A stretch of 53,970 bases of DNA. It comes from Acidobacteriota bacterium. Lineage in GTDB: Bacteria > Acidobacteriota > Thermoanaerobaculia > UBA5066. This document shows positions 12,064 to 24,218 of this stretch, piece after piece. Location of the stretch: the NCBI GenBank assembly GCA_030278895.1, contig JARXKK010000005.1:1-53970 (forward strand), in the 5' to 3' direction. Position 1 is the stretch's first letter; each line of letters begins with the position of its first letter. A program made the translations under genes and the position numbers. The notes under the pieces are model-generated. The model searched no databases, had not been told where the DNA came from, and was given only the letters and a program-made list of their open reading frames with translations.

Positions 12064-12109
12064 TGCTAAACTCCGCCTTCCGCGCGCAAGCCGTGCGGGC
12101 CCACCTTTC

Positions 12110-14956
<2,847 letters not shown>

Positions 14957-14996
14957 GCCTCGCGACCTGATGATCCCCGTTGTGGTATGAATCCGC

Positions 14997-16469
14997 ATGG
15001 TGAATGAACGGGACATCCCGCTCGCCCTCACGTTCGACGACGTTCTCCTCCTTCCTGCCCGCTCGAAAGTCCACCCGGCCGAGACCGACCTGAAGACACG
15101 GCTCACGCCGGGAATCGGGTTGAACATCCCCATCCTCTCGGCAGCGATGGACACGGTCACCGAGTCGCGCCTCGCGATCGCGATGGCGCAGAACGGGGGG
15201 CTGGGCGTCATCCACAAGAACCTCACGATCGAAGCCCAGGCCGCCGAGGTCGACAAGGTGAAGCGCTCGGAAAGCGGGATGATCGTCGACCCCGTCACGT
15301 GCCGACCGACACAGAAGATCTCCGAGGCCCTCGAAGTCATGGCGAACTTCCGGATCTCGGGAGTCCCCGTCGTGGACGACCGCGGCAAGCTCGTCGGCAT
15401 CCTGACGAACCGCGACCTCCGCTTCGAGACGCGCATGGACCTCCCCATCTCCGAGCGCATGACGAAGGAAAACCTCGTGACCTGCCCGCCCGGCACGACG
15501 CTCGAGCAGGCCAAGGAGCTCCTCCACCGCCACCGGATCGAGAAGCTTCTCGTCGTCGACAAGGCGGGCAATCTCAAGGGCCTCATCACCGTCAAGGACA
15601 TCCAGAAGCAGATCAAGTACCCGAGCGCGTGCAAGGATTCCTTCGGGCGCCTGCGCGTGGCCGCGGCCGTCGGCGCGAGCGCCGACCTCCTCGACCGCGC
15701 CCGCGAGCTCGTCACCGCGAAGGTCGACCTCCTCGTCCTCGACTCCTCGCACGGCCACAGCGAAGGCGTACTCTCCGCCCTGACGTCCCTGAAGAAAAGG
15801 TTCCCCTCGACGCCCGTCCTCGCGGGAAACGTGGCGACGGCGGATGGCACACGGGATCTCATCCGGAGGGGCGCCGACGCCGTGAAGGTCGGCATCGGGC
15901 CGGGCTCGATCTGCACGACGCGCGTCGTCACCGGCGCGGGCGTGCCGCAGATTCACGCGATCCGTGAGTGCGTGAAGGGGCTCGGCAAGTCGAACGTCAC
16001 GCTCGTCGCGGACGGCGGCATCAAGTTCTCGGGCGACGTCACGAAGGCGCTCGCCGCGGGCGCGCACTCCGTGATGATCGGCAGCCTCTTCGCGGGCACG
16101 GACGAGGCGCCCGGTGAGACCATCCTCTACCAGGGCCGCACCTTCAAGGCGTACCGCGGCATGGGCTCGATCGGCGCGATGAAGCAGGGCTCGGCCGACC
16201 GCTACTTTCAGGATGAAGAAGAGCCCCGAAAGATGGTGCCGGAGGGCATCGAGGGCATGGTTCCGCACAAGGGCCCGGTCTCCACACTCCTGGCGCAGCT
16301 CACGGGAGGCGTGCGTTCGGGCATGGGCCTCGCGGGCGCGGCGAACCTTCCCGAGCTCGTGAAGAAGGCGAAGTTCGTGCGCATCACGGCGGCCGGCCTC
16401 CGGGAGAGCCACGCGCACGACGTCATCATCACGAAGGAAGCTCCGAACTACCGGCGCGAAGAGATTTGA
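14997..16469 (+). CDS. guaB: IMP dehydrogenase
   Basis: [19 protein letters not shown], two CBS domains, [19 protein letters not shown]. Confidence 0.98.
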   Translation: MVNERDIPLALTFDDVLLLPARSKVHPAETDLKTRLTPGIGLNIPILSAAMDTVTESRLAIAMAQNGGLGVIHKNLTIEAQAAEVDKVKRSESGMIVDPVTCRPTQKISEALEVMANFRISGVPVVDDRGKLVGILTNRDLRFETRMDLPISERMTKENLVTCPPGTTLEQAKELLHRHRIEKLLVVDKAGNLKGLITVKDIQKQIKYPSACKDSFGRLRVAAAVGASADLLDRARELVTAKVDLLVLDSSHGHSEGVLSALTSLKKRFPSTPVLAGNVATADGTRDLIRRGADAVKVGIGPGSICTTRVVTGAGVPQIHAIRECVKGLGKSNVTLVADGGIKFSGDVTKALAAGAHSVMIGSLFAGTDEAPGETILYQGRTFKAYRGMGSIGAMKQGSADRYFQDEEEPRKMVPEGIEGMVPHKGPVSTLLAQLTGGVRSGMGLAGAANLPELVKKAKFVRITAAGLRESHAHDVIITKEAPNYRREEI

Positions 16470-17242
16470 GCCATCCAAGTCATCTGAGCGCGCCCTCCTT
16501 CAACGACCACTTCTCGGGCCATGCGGGCGACTACGCCCGTTATCGGCCCACGTATCCACCCGAGCTCTTCGACGCCGTTGCGGCTCTCGTCACGCGGCAC
16601 ACCCTCTGCTGGGACGCGGGCACCGGGAGCGGCCAGGCGGCCGGCGGCCTCGCCGGGCACTTCGCGGAGGTCGTCGCGACGGACGCGAGCGCAGACCAGA
16701 TCGCGCACGCGGCGCCGTACGAAGGCGTGAGCTACCGCGTGGCAGCCGGCGGGAATTCCGGGCTGGAAGACGCGTCCGTCGATCTCGTCACGGTCGGCCA
16801 GGCCGTTCATTGGTTCGATCAAGAAAGATTCTTCGATGAGGTCAGGAGGGTTACGGTTCCGGGGGGCGCCATCGCGGTATGGGCCTACGATCTCTTCGAG
16901 GTCCCGGAGTCGGCCGCGGTGGAGGAAGTCTTCCAAGCCTTCCACGCGTCCGTCGAGGCGTTCTGGCCCCCGGAACGCGCCCTGGTCGCTCGCCGCTACG
17001 CCGATCTCCTGTTCCCGTTCGAAGAAATCCCCGTCCCGCCCGTCACGATGGCGGCCGCATGGAACCTGGAACGGACTCTCGGCTACCTCTCGACGTGGTC
17101 CGCCGTGAAGCGCTGCGCGAAGGAAACCGGCCGCGACCCGATCGCCGAGTTCGCGCCGCGCTTCGCCGCCGCGTGGGGCGATCCCGCCGCGCCGAAGACG
17201 TTCTCCTGGCCTCTCATCCTCCGCGCGGGACGGATCGTCTGA
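16466..17242 (+). CDS. Class I SAM-dependent methyltransferase
   Basis: [40 protein letters not shown]. Confidence 0.88.
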   Translation: MSHPSHLSAPSFNDHFSGHAGDYARYRPTYPPELFDAVAALVTRHTLCWDAGTGSGQAAGGLAGHFAEVVATDASADQIAHAAPYEGVSYRVAAGGNSGLEDASVDLVTVGQAVHWFDQERFFDEVRRVTVPGGAIAVWAYDLFEVPESAAVEEVFQAFHASVEAFWPPERALVARRYADLLFPFEEIPVPPVTMAAAWNLERTLGYLSTWSAVKRCAKETGRDPIAEFAPRFAAAWGDPAAPKTFSWPLILRAGRIV

Positions 17243-17355
17243 CGACTCCGAGCGGACTGTGCGAGGAGCGGTGTTTCCCTGATATCGTCAGGCCCATCGA
17301 ACCGATAATTCTCAACGGCTCATCGTCGGCGTTCCCGGCGCTGAAAGGAGTTCTC

Positions 17356-17628
17356 ATGCCGAAGTACGTGATCGAACGCGAGATTCCGGGTGCAGGCAGC
17401 CTGTCTGCCGCCGACCTCCAAGGCATCGCGCAGAAGTCCTGCAGCGTGCTCAGCGCCATGGGCCCTCAGATCCAGTGGGTGGAGAGTTACGTTACGCCGG
17501 ACAAGATCTACTGCGTTTACATCGCGCCGAACGAAGAGCTCGTGCGCGAGCACGCGAGCCGGGGCGGGTTCCCGGCAAATCGCGTGTCGGAGATCAAACG
17601 GATGATCGATCCGACCACGGCCGAGTAG
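17356..17628 (+). CDS. DUF4242-type small protein
   Basis: MPKYVIEREIPG...QWVESYVTPDKIYCVYIAPNEELVREHASRGGFPANR; AAGGAG RBS before ATG 17356. Confidence 0.82.
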   Translation: MPKYVIEREIPGAGSLSAADLQGIAQKSCSVLSAMGPQIQWVESYVTPDKIYCVYIAPNEELVREHASRGGFPANRVSEIKRMIDPTTAE

Positions 17629-17649
17629 GGATCCGCCACTGCCGGGTGC

Positions 17650-18805
17650 CTATTTCGGCGCTCTCAAGAGCATTTCCACCTCGGCTTCGATCTCCTTCTT
17701 CAGATTCGTGAAGCGCTCCCCCGTCGCCGGGCCGTCGAAGCCGGAGTGGATCTTCACGATGTGGTGCTGTCGGTCGAGGAAGAGCGTCGTCGGGTAGCCC
17801 TCCCATCCCGCAAGCGGAAGCGTCGCCGGAGACGCCGCCGCGTCCTTCGTGGTGCCCGCGAGAAGGATCGGATGCGTCGTGCCGAAGCGCTCGACGAACC
17901 GCTTCACCTGGCGGCGGTTCCGCTCCACGTCGTCCGTGTACTCGAACGAGAGGGAGAGAACCGCGAGCCCCCGCGGCCCGTACTTCGCCGCGAGATTTCG
18001 GAGAAACGGCGCCTCGTCCGCGCAGTTCGGGCACCACGTGCCCATGAAGGCCACGAGCATCGGCTTACCCGCGAAGCGGGCGTCCGCCGTCGAGACGACG
18101 CGGCCCTCGACGTCGGGAAAGGACACGACGTAGGGCGCCGCGGGATCGCGCGGCTTCACGATGTCGAAGGAGCCCGGCAGGAAAGTCTCCCGGGAGGCCG
18201 CGTCCAACCGCTTTCCGCGCCAGGGCACGGGCGGATTCGTGCGCGAGCGGTACGCGCCCGCGAGCGTGCCGTCCGGCAGCAGCTCGGCCCGTGACGGCGC
18301 TCCCCGACTGGCGAAAGATGCCCGTCAGCTTCTCGGTCTTCTTCCCGTCGAGCATCTCCACGCCCCAGCTTCCGTCGAGGGACGCCACGGGATTCCCGGC
18401 TTTCGGCGGCGACACCGGCGCACGCGGCTTCCGAGAAGCTCGAAACGGCACTTCCGCCAATCCGGCCGCGACGACGCGCGTGTACCCGCCCTCGAGCCGG
18501 TCGCCCTTCAGTTCCGCGACGAGCCTTGCGTCGTAGTTTGCGAGCTCGAGCGTGAGCTTCTTCCCGTCCCAGGACGCCGACGTGAACGCGAACTCCACCC
18601 GGTCATTCACGAGCGCGGCCGAAAGCCGCGAGCCCTTGGCGGTGATCTTCAGGTCGAAGAAGACCTCGTGCCCTTCGGACGGCACGAGCGCCGCGTGCCA
18701 GAGCCCGACGGGTGCTTGCGCGGAGGAGGAAGAGGAGGAAGAGAAGATTTTCTTAGAAGGTAAGAGAAGGAGGGCCGCAGCGAGGGCCAGCGCGCGAATT
18801 CTCAT
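17650..18805 (-). pseudogene. Exported TlpA/redoxin-family protein split by a frameshift near 18290
   Basis: N-terminal ORF (signal peptide, beta-rich domains) reads to ...GSAVTG; the continuation (AELLPDGTLAG...MGTWCPNCADE...GYPTTLFLD...HSGFDGPATG) is in another frame. Confidence 0.7.
18723..18762. repeat. Copy of the dispersed motif in the TlpA signal-peptide region
   Basis: GAGGAGGAAGAGGAGGAAGAGAAGATTTTCTTAGAAGGTA, nearly identical to 186-225. Confidence 0.8.
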
Positions 18806-20190
18806 TTCTTCTCTTTCTTCTTCCTGAGCGTCTCACGAAGCGAACGGATCGCCTCGGCGCGCGCCTTGAGGTCCTTCTCGCGGCCCTCGCCCGAGGGCCG
18901 GTAGTAGTTCCGTCCCGCGAGGGAATCCGGCAGACAGGACAGTCCGGCGGTCTTCTCGACGGTGTCGTGCGCGTAGCGATAGCCCGCGCCGTAGCCGGCC
19001 TGTTTCATGAGCTTCGTCGGGGCGTTGCGAATTGCGAGAGGCGGCGGCTCGTTCGGGCGCTCGTGCACGTCGGCTGCAGCCTCGGCGTAGGCCGTGTAAA
19101 GCGCGTTCGACTTCGGCGCGAGCGCCATGTGAACGGCGATCTCGGCGAGCGCGAGAGCGCCTTCCGGCATGCCGATGAAGTGCACGGCCTCCTTGGCGGC
19201 GACCGCGAGCGTGAGCGACGACGGATCGGCGAGCCCGATGTCCTCGGACGCGAAGCGGACGAGGCGGCGCGCCACGTAAAGCGGGTTCTCCCCTGCTTCC
19301 AGCATCCGCGCGAGCCAGTAGAGCGAGGCGTCGACATCCGAATCGCGGAGCGACTTGTGGAGCGCCGAGATGAGGTTGAAGTGCTCGTCGCCAGCCTTGT
19401 CGTAGAGCAGGACCTTTCGCTTGAAGAGATCTTCAAGGATGGGAACCGAGAGAGAAGGAGAAAGAGAATTTTCTTTGAAAGGAAGATGGGAGACGGCCGC
19501 CTCGAGAGCCGTGAGCGCCCTTCGGGCGTCGCCGTCGGAAAAGCGTCCTAACCATTCGAAGGCGTCTTCTTCGACCGTGGCCTTGGCGGCGAGGCCCCTT
19601 TCCTGATCCGCCAATGCCCTCTTCATCAAAAGAATCAAATCCTCTTCTTCGATTGGCGGAAGGATGACGACCCTGAGCCGCGACAGGAGCGCGCCATTCA
19701 GCTCGAACGACGGGTTTTCCGTCGTGGCGCCGACGAGGACGATGTCTCCCGCTTCGACGAACGGCAGGAAGGCGTCCTGCTGCGCCCGGTTGAAGCGATG
19801 AATCTCGTCGACGAAGAGGAGCGTGCGGCGGCCCCGGCGCTTGGCGCGGGTTGCCTCCTCCATCACCGTCCGGATCTCCTTGATGCCCGAGACGACGGCC
19901 GAGAAGCCGATGAAGCGAGCCTGCGTCTTCGCGGCGATGATCCGGGCGAGCGTCGTCTTGCCGCTCCCCGGCGGACCCCAGAAGACGAGAGAAGGAACCC
20001 TGTCCGCAGCGAGCGCCTTCGCGAGAAACGAGGCCTCCCCCACGAGATCGGGTGGACCAGCGACCTCGGACAGGTCCCGGGGGCGCATCCGCTCCGCAAG
20101 CGGGGCGTCCGAGGGCACAGGCTCGTCGACCGCCGACCGACCGGAAGCCGGGCCCTCATCCTCGAAGAGGTCTCCCGGCGAGGACGTCAC
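18802..20190 (-). CDS. rarA: Replication-associated recombination protein RarA/MgsA
   Basis: PLAERMRP, WGPPGSGKTT, VDEIHRFNRAQQD, GATTENPSF, ISALHKSLR, ASEDIGLAD; GTG start overlaps upstream stop. Confidence 0.95.
   Translation of the reverse strand: MTSSPGDLFEDEGPASGRSAVDEPVPSDAPLAERMRPRDLSEVAGPPDLVGEASFLAKALAADRVPSLVFWGPPGSGKTTLARIIAAKTQARFIGFSAVVSGIKEIRTVMEEATRAKRRGRRTLLFVDEIHRFNRAQQDAFLPFVEAGDIVLVGATTENPSFELNGALLSRLRVVILPPIEEEDLILLMKRALADQERGLAAKATVEEDAFEWLGRFSDGDARRALTALEAAVSHLPFKENSLSPSLSVPILEDLFKRKVLLYDKAGDEHFNLISALHKSLRDSDVDASLYWLARMLEAGENPLYVARRLVRFASEDIGLADPSSLTLAVAAKEAVHFIGMPEGALALAEIAVHMALAPKSNALYTAYAEAAADVHERPNEPPPLAIRNAPTKLMKQAGYGAGYRYAHDTVEKTAGLSCLPDSLAGRNYYRPSGEGREKDLKARAEAIRSLRETLRKKKEKK
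19448..19650. repeat. Degenerate convergent motif pair inside rarA
   Basis: GAGAGAGAAGGAGAAAGAGAATTTTCTTTGAAAGG at 19448-19482 and CATCAAAAGAATCAAATCCTCTTCTTC ending at 19650. Confidence 0.5.
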
Positions 20191-20942
20191 GCCCCTCCGC
20201 GCGCCTTGGCCTTCTGCTCGACGTCGGCCATGAGCCGATCGAGCGACGGGATCTCGGGATGCATCTTCTTGAGCCTGCCGAGGATCTCGAGCGCCTTCTT
20301 CGTGTCGTTCCGGTCGAGACCGAAGATGATCGCCTGGTTGAACTGCGCGGGCCAGTGGTTCGGATCGCGGGCTACCGCCTGCGTGAACATCGCGAGCGCC
20401 TTGTCGGGGTTGCCGCTGTTCCGGTACGCCACGCCGAGGTCCGTGAGGACGTTCGGATCGCCGTCCTTCAGCTTGAGCGCCCGTTCGTAAGCGTCGATCG
20501 CCTTCTTCCAGTCCGCGACGTCGTAGGCCGTGTTCCCGAGCTGGACGAGGAGGTCGTAATTCTTCGGTTCCTTGGCGACGGCGGCCTCGAACCCGGCAAG
20601 CTTCTGCAGGGCGACCGGGTCGGACGCAAGGGAGGGCTGTCCACCACCGCTTCCCGGCAGGTCGCGCGTCGCGCCCGGCCCGACGCCTTCGAGCCCCGCG
20701 TGGGGATCGGCAATGCGGGCCTGGGGCGGCCCCGCCGAGGCGCTCTTCTCGAGATACAGATACGCGGCCGTGAAGCCCGCGAGGAGCCCCAGGACGAGGA
20801 ACGTCGCGCGGTCCGCCCACGGAGAAAGACGTGCGGCCGAAGCGGGCGCGGCCGGGGATCTGCTCGCGCGTGGAGCCTTCGCCGCCGGAACCGGCGGAGG
20901 AAGGTGATCGGCGTTCGGTTCGGTGTTCTCGTTCCTGGTCAT
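20187..20942 (-). CDS. Membrane-anchored tetratricopeptide repeat protein
   Basis: TM segment then TPRs (QLGNTAYD...AIDAYERAL; VLTDLGVAYRNSG...); ATGA overlap with the upstream gene. Confidence 0.85.
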   Translation of the reverse strand: MTRNENTEPNADHLPPPVPAAKAPRASRSPAAPASAARLSPWADRATFLVLGLLAGFTAAYLYLEKSASAGPPQARIADPHAGLEGVGPGATRDLPGSGGGQPSLASDPVALQKLAGFEAAVAKEPKNYDLLVQLGNTAYDVADWKKAIDAYERALKLKDGDPNVLTDLGVAYRNSGNPDKALAMFTQAVARDPNHWPAQFNQAIIFGLDRNDTKKALEILGRLKKMHPEIPSLDRLMADVEQKAKARGGA

Positions 20943-21739
20943 CTTGAATCCGTCTCCTCTTCGCGCGCCGGCTGAGCCCCCCACGTGCCCGCCACGGGAC
21001 CCGATACGGGAGCGGGCGCGATCTGCGTCCCCTCCCAGGTGCCCGCGAGGCGCCTCGAGGGCGACGTCGTCAGGCGACCGTAGAATTTCGCATCCAATCC
21101 CCGCTCGGAATCGACCCGCTCCAGCATGACGCGGTCGGCGACGAACGTGCCACGGAGTGAACCACGAAAGCCCCCGTCGAGAACATAGTCACCGGAGAGG
21201 ATTGTGCCGTCGAGCGAGAGGCGGTAGACACCGCGCCGGCCGCCCGGATTGATGAAGACTTCCCAGCGCCCGGTCAGCGGGTCGGCCGGGTTGCTTCTGA
21301 GTGAGTCTCGCCGGCGCGCGATCTCTTCCCGAAACGTGACCAACCGGCGAACGTGCTCGGCGAGCCTCTCGGAAATGGCGCGGCGGCGGTCCTGACCGAC
21401 CAGGGCGCGGGCACGCGCGTCGGCCGCGGCCTGTTCGGTCTGCTCGAGGAGAGTGCGGTCGAGGATGCCTTCGCGTGCGAGGCGGGCTATCTGATTCAGG
21501 GACGCGTTGAGGTCCGACTCGGCCCGCGAGGCCTGTCCGGAGACCCGGTCGAATTCCTCGAGGTCCTCCGAGACGCGCCGCCTCTCCATATCGACCGCGG
21601 CAAGGAGCACGTCGAGCACGGGATCGCCTGTCCGCGACGGCAGGGTCGCGGCCGCCGCCGGCATGACAGGCATCACCGGCATCACGAGCGCCAGCAGGAG
21701 CGCCCCGGTGAAAACGAAGCGAGCCGGACGGACGACCAT
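20939..21739 (-). CDS. Hypothetical exported protein (coiled coil plus beta-rich C-terminal domain)
   Basis: Signal peptide ending PAAA, heptad-rich middle, LTGRWEV...LAGTWEG...AGTWGA; start at ATG 21739 (7 nt after TATAGT) or GTG 21748. Confidence 0.75.
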   Translation of the reverse strand: MVVRPARFVFTGALLLALVMPVMPVMPAAAATLPSRTGDPVLDVLLAAVDMERRRVSEDLEEFDRVSGQASRAESDLNASLNQIARLAREGILDRTLLEQTEQAAADARARALVGQDRRRAISERLAEHVRRLVTFREEIARRRDSLRSNPADPLTGRWEVFINPGGRRGVYRLSLDGTILSGDYVLDGGFRGSLRGTFVADRVMLERVDSERGLDAKFYGRLTTSPSRRLAGTWEGTQIAPAPVSGPVAGTWGAQPAREEETDSR

Positions 21740-21787
21740 CTTCGCCACTATACGGAAATCGGGGCGCCCGCATCGCGGAGCGCAGAA

Positions 21788-22333
21788 TCAATGGCCGCGG
21801 TTGTTCCCGTTCGCGGCGGCGAGGGGCGTCAGGGGACGCCGCTTGAGGATCGCCCGATCGAGGGCCTTCTCGACCTCGGTCGCGACTTCGCCCTCGGGCA
21901 GTCCGTTGATCTGCGCGATCTCGGAGACGATGAGATAGCGGGCGCGCTCGTACATCTTCTTCTCGCGGAAGGAGAGCGCCTTCTGCTTTTGCACCCACGT
22001 CAGGTTCTTGAGGACGTCCGCGATGTCCGTAAGCCGGCCCGAGCGCATCCTGTCGAGGTTCTGCTTGTAGCGGCCCTTCCAGTCGCCCGTGGGGGGAAGC
22101 GTCGCGTTCTCGAGGACACGGAAGACCGATCCCACGTCCTTGCGCCGGGTGAGCGGGCGCAGGCCGATGCGGTCGGAGTTTCCGACCGGCACCATCACGC
22201 GGGAATTGTTCCCGAGGAGGCGAAGCTGGTAACAGGGGGCGGGAGAACCTTCGAGGAGGGATTCCTGGATCGTCTCGACGACGCCAACGCCGTGATTCGG
22301 GTAGACGAGCCTGTCTCCGATCTTGAATGCCAC
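21788..22333 (-). CDS. carD: CarD/CdnL family RNA polymerase-binding protein
   Basis: FKIGDRLVYPNHGVG, VMVPV...GLRPL, WKGRYKQN, LSFREKKMYERA. Confidence 0.93.
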   Translation of the reverse strand: MAFKIGDRLVYPNHGVGVVETIQESLLEGSPAPCYQLRLLGNNSRVMVPVGNSDRIGLRPLTRRKDVGSVFRVLENATLPPTGDWKGRYKQNLDRMRSGRLTDIADVLKNLTWVQKQKALSFREKKMYERARYLIVSEIAQINGLPEGEVATEVEKALDRAILKRRPLTPLAAANGNNRGH

Positions 22334-22480
22334 GGGTTCTCCTCCTTCGGGAAAGGGAAAAGGAGACTACTCCCCCAGCCCGCCCCCGTCAATGAGGCTG
22401 GAACGGAAGGGGCCGGACTGGCGAAAAGCTGAACGATTGCGGAGAAATGAGTGGCGCGAGCGCCCCTTTCGGGGATTTCT

Positions 22481-22567
22481 TGGTACCGGAGGAGGGAGTC
22501 GAACCCTCACGGCCTTGTGGACCGGGGGATTTTGAGTCCCCTGCGTCTGCCATTCCGCCACTCCGGC
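22481..22567 (-). tRNA. tRNA-Leu (anticodon CAA)
   Basis: GCCGGAGTGGCGGAATGGCAGACGCAGGGGACTCAAAATCCCCCGG...GGGTTCGACTCCCTCCTCCGGTACCA; long variable arm, encoded CCA. Confidence 0.97.
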
Positions 22568-22591
22568 GCGCCGCGCGGAGTCTAACGCGTC

Positions 22592-23056
22592 CTACTGCCA
22601 GTCCAGCCGGACGTTCTTGTGGAGGTGCGCGAGGGCGCAGCCGGCGACCGTGCCGAGGACGTTCCAGAACACGTCGTTCACGTCGGCCGCGCGCGTCGGC
22701 AGGAAGAGCTGGACGGTCTCGATCCCGACGCTGAAGAGTGCGCCCGCGAGAAGCGTGTCCGCGTGGTTGCGGGCCGCCGACCGGCCCGGCCCGTCCAGGA
22801 ACTTCCAGAACAGGAACGCCCACAAAGCGAACATCGCGAGGTTTCCGACGATTCCGACGATCGCGTACAGGAAGGAGTTCGAGAGATATCCGCCGTGACC
22901 CGCCCGCGCCACGAGGCGCTGGACGTCCTCGAACGGCGCGAGATTCGTCCGCACCTTGCCCCCGCCCTGAACGAGAAGCGTCACGCCCAGGAGAACGCAC
23001 GAGTAGGCGACGAGAAGCGTTCCCTGCAGTCCCTTGCCGACGCGAATCGTGCGCAT
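22592..23056 (-). CDS. VanZ family membrane protein
   Basis: NLAPF, GNLAMF, SVGIETVQLFLPTRAADVNDVFWNVLG; start MRTIRV. Confidence 0.85.
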   Translation of the reverse strand: MRTIRVGKGLQGTLLVAYSCVLLGVTLLVQGGGKVRTNLAPFEDVQRLVARAGHGGYLSNSFLYAIVGIVGNLAMFALWAFLFWKFLDGPGRSAARNHADTLLAGALFSVGIETVQLFLPTRAADVNDVFWNVLGTVAGCALAHLHKNVRLDWQ

Positions 23057-23067
23057 GGAACGGAGCC

Positions 23068-24159
23068 TCACTCCGCCCGCTCGCGCGAGGCGAACCGGTC
23101 GAGCCTGAAGACGGTTCTCATGTCCCCCACGACGTCGCCGCGCACGTTCTTCACGGGCCGCCGCGCGAGACGACGGAGCGCGGTGAGACGCGCGCCCGAG
23201 ACGAGGCCGAGCTGCCGCAGGACCTCGACGGTCACGGCATCGCGCCCCCGCTCGGCCCCGTCCTCGATCTTCAGCGCGATCCCGACGGATGAGGTGGCGG
23301 AAAGGGAGCGCGCCAGAGAGGGCGCGACTCCGACGGCGTAAACCCCTTCGGCCCCCTCCTTCGCGAGGAGGTCTCCGCCGAACGCGCGCATGAGGTTCGT
23401 CGTGAACCGGCCCGTTCCCGCAACCATCTCGGGGGCCGACGTCATCGCCTCCGCGATCCGGACACGCGCGCGAAACGCGCGCGGAGCCTCCCCCCGCACG
23501 CGCGCTCCCTTCAGCCGCGCATACAGAAGCGCCAGATTCGCGAGCGGGATCCGGAACACGGGCACGGAACAACCGTCCACGGCGAGGCCGATCGCCGCCG
23601 CCGGAACGCCCGCGAGAAGAGAGAGCGCCGACAAGATTTTCTTCTGAAGGGGGTGAGACGGCTGCCAGTACGTCTTCGCGTCTTCGCCGAACAGGCGGCA
23701 AGCAAGGAGCATCGCCGCGTGCTTTCCCGAGCAGTTGTTGTGGAGCGGGCCGGGGTCCTCGCGGCGGAAGGCCAGCGCGCGGGCGGTCTCCTCGTGCATG
23801 GGCGGATGCGCGCCGCAGTGGAGGTCCGCGGCCGTGAAACCTCCCCGCGCGAGCATGGCGGCCGCGGCGCGCGTGTGAAACGGCTCGCCGCCGTGCGACG
23901 CGGCCGCGAGAGCAATCTCTTCCGTCGACAGCCCGAAGCGCTTCTCGCCTCCGCCCGCGAGGAAGGGAACGAGCTGAACGGGCTTGGCCGAGGAGCGCAG
24001 AAAGACGAGCTCCTCGGGATCGCCCGCCGCGGCCAGGAGCCTCCCATCCTCGGCGACGACCGCCACCGAACCGCGATGAACGGACTCGACGACACCGCCC
24101 CGCCTCACCACGAGGAGGGGGACGCTTTCCGGGAGCGAACCGCCGCGCACGCCGATCAT
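23068..24159 (-). CDS. L-asparaginase II family protein (Rhizobium AnsA type)
   Basis: RGGVVESVH, RSSAKP, ASHGGE, HNNCSGKH, DGCSVP, KEGAEG, KIEDG. Confidence 0.9.
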   Translation of the reverse strand: MIGVRGGSLPESVPLLVVRRGGVVESVHRGSVAVVAEDGRLLAAAGDPEELVFLRSSAKPVQLVPFLAGGGEKRFGLSTEEIALAAASHGGEPFHTRAAAAMLARGGFTAADLHCGAHPPMHEETARALAFRREDPGPLHNNCSGKHAAMLLACRLFGEDAKTYWQPSHPLQKKILSALSLLAGVPAAAIGLAVDGCSVPVFRIPLANLALLYARLKGARVRGEAPRAFRARVRIAEAMTSAPEMVAGTGRFTTNLMRAFGGDLLAKEGAEGVYAVGVAPSLARSLSATSSVGIALKIEDGAERGRDAVTVEVLRQLGLVSGARLTALRRLARRPVKNVRGDVVGDMRTVFRLDRFASRERAE

Positions 24160-24183
24160 TCGGCCCAGATTACCCGAACGCCG

Positions 24184-24212
24184 TTGACGAGACCCCGCCT
24201 CCTCCCGACAAT
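24184..24212 (+). promoter_or_regulatory. Sigma70 promoter giving a probable leaderless transcript
   Basis: TTGACG-N17-GACAAT, then 6 nt, then GTG start at 24219. Confidence 0.65.
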
Positions 24213-24218
24213 GCCTTC

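Noticed and set aside
18802-20820. 672-aa RarA with a long N-terminal extension; similar extensions on hemW, aspS, hisS, vanZ and tsaE in the ORF track
   Set aside because: The extensions overlap upstream genes in another frame; starts were reassigned to the coupled start codons
22334-22567. tRNA-Leu as an integration site for a genomic island
   Set aside because: No integrase, no duplicated tRNA 3' end, and flanking genes look like core genes
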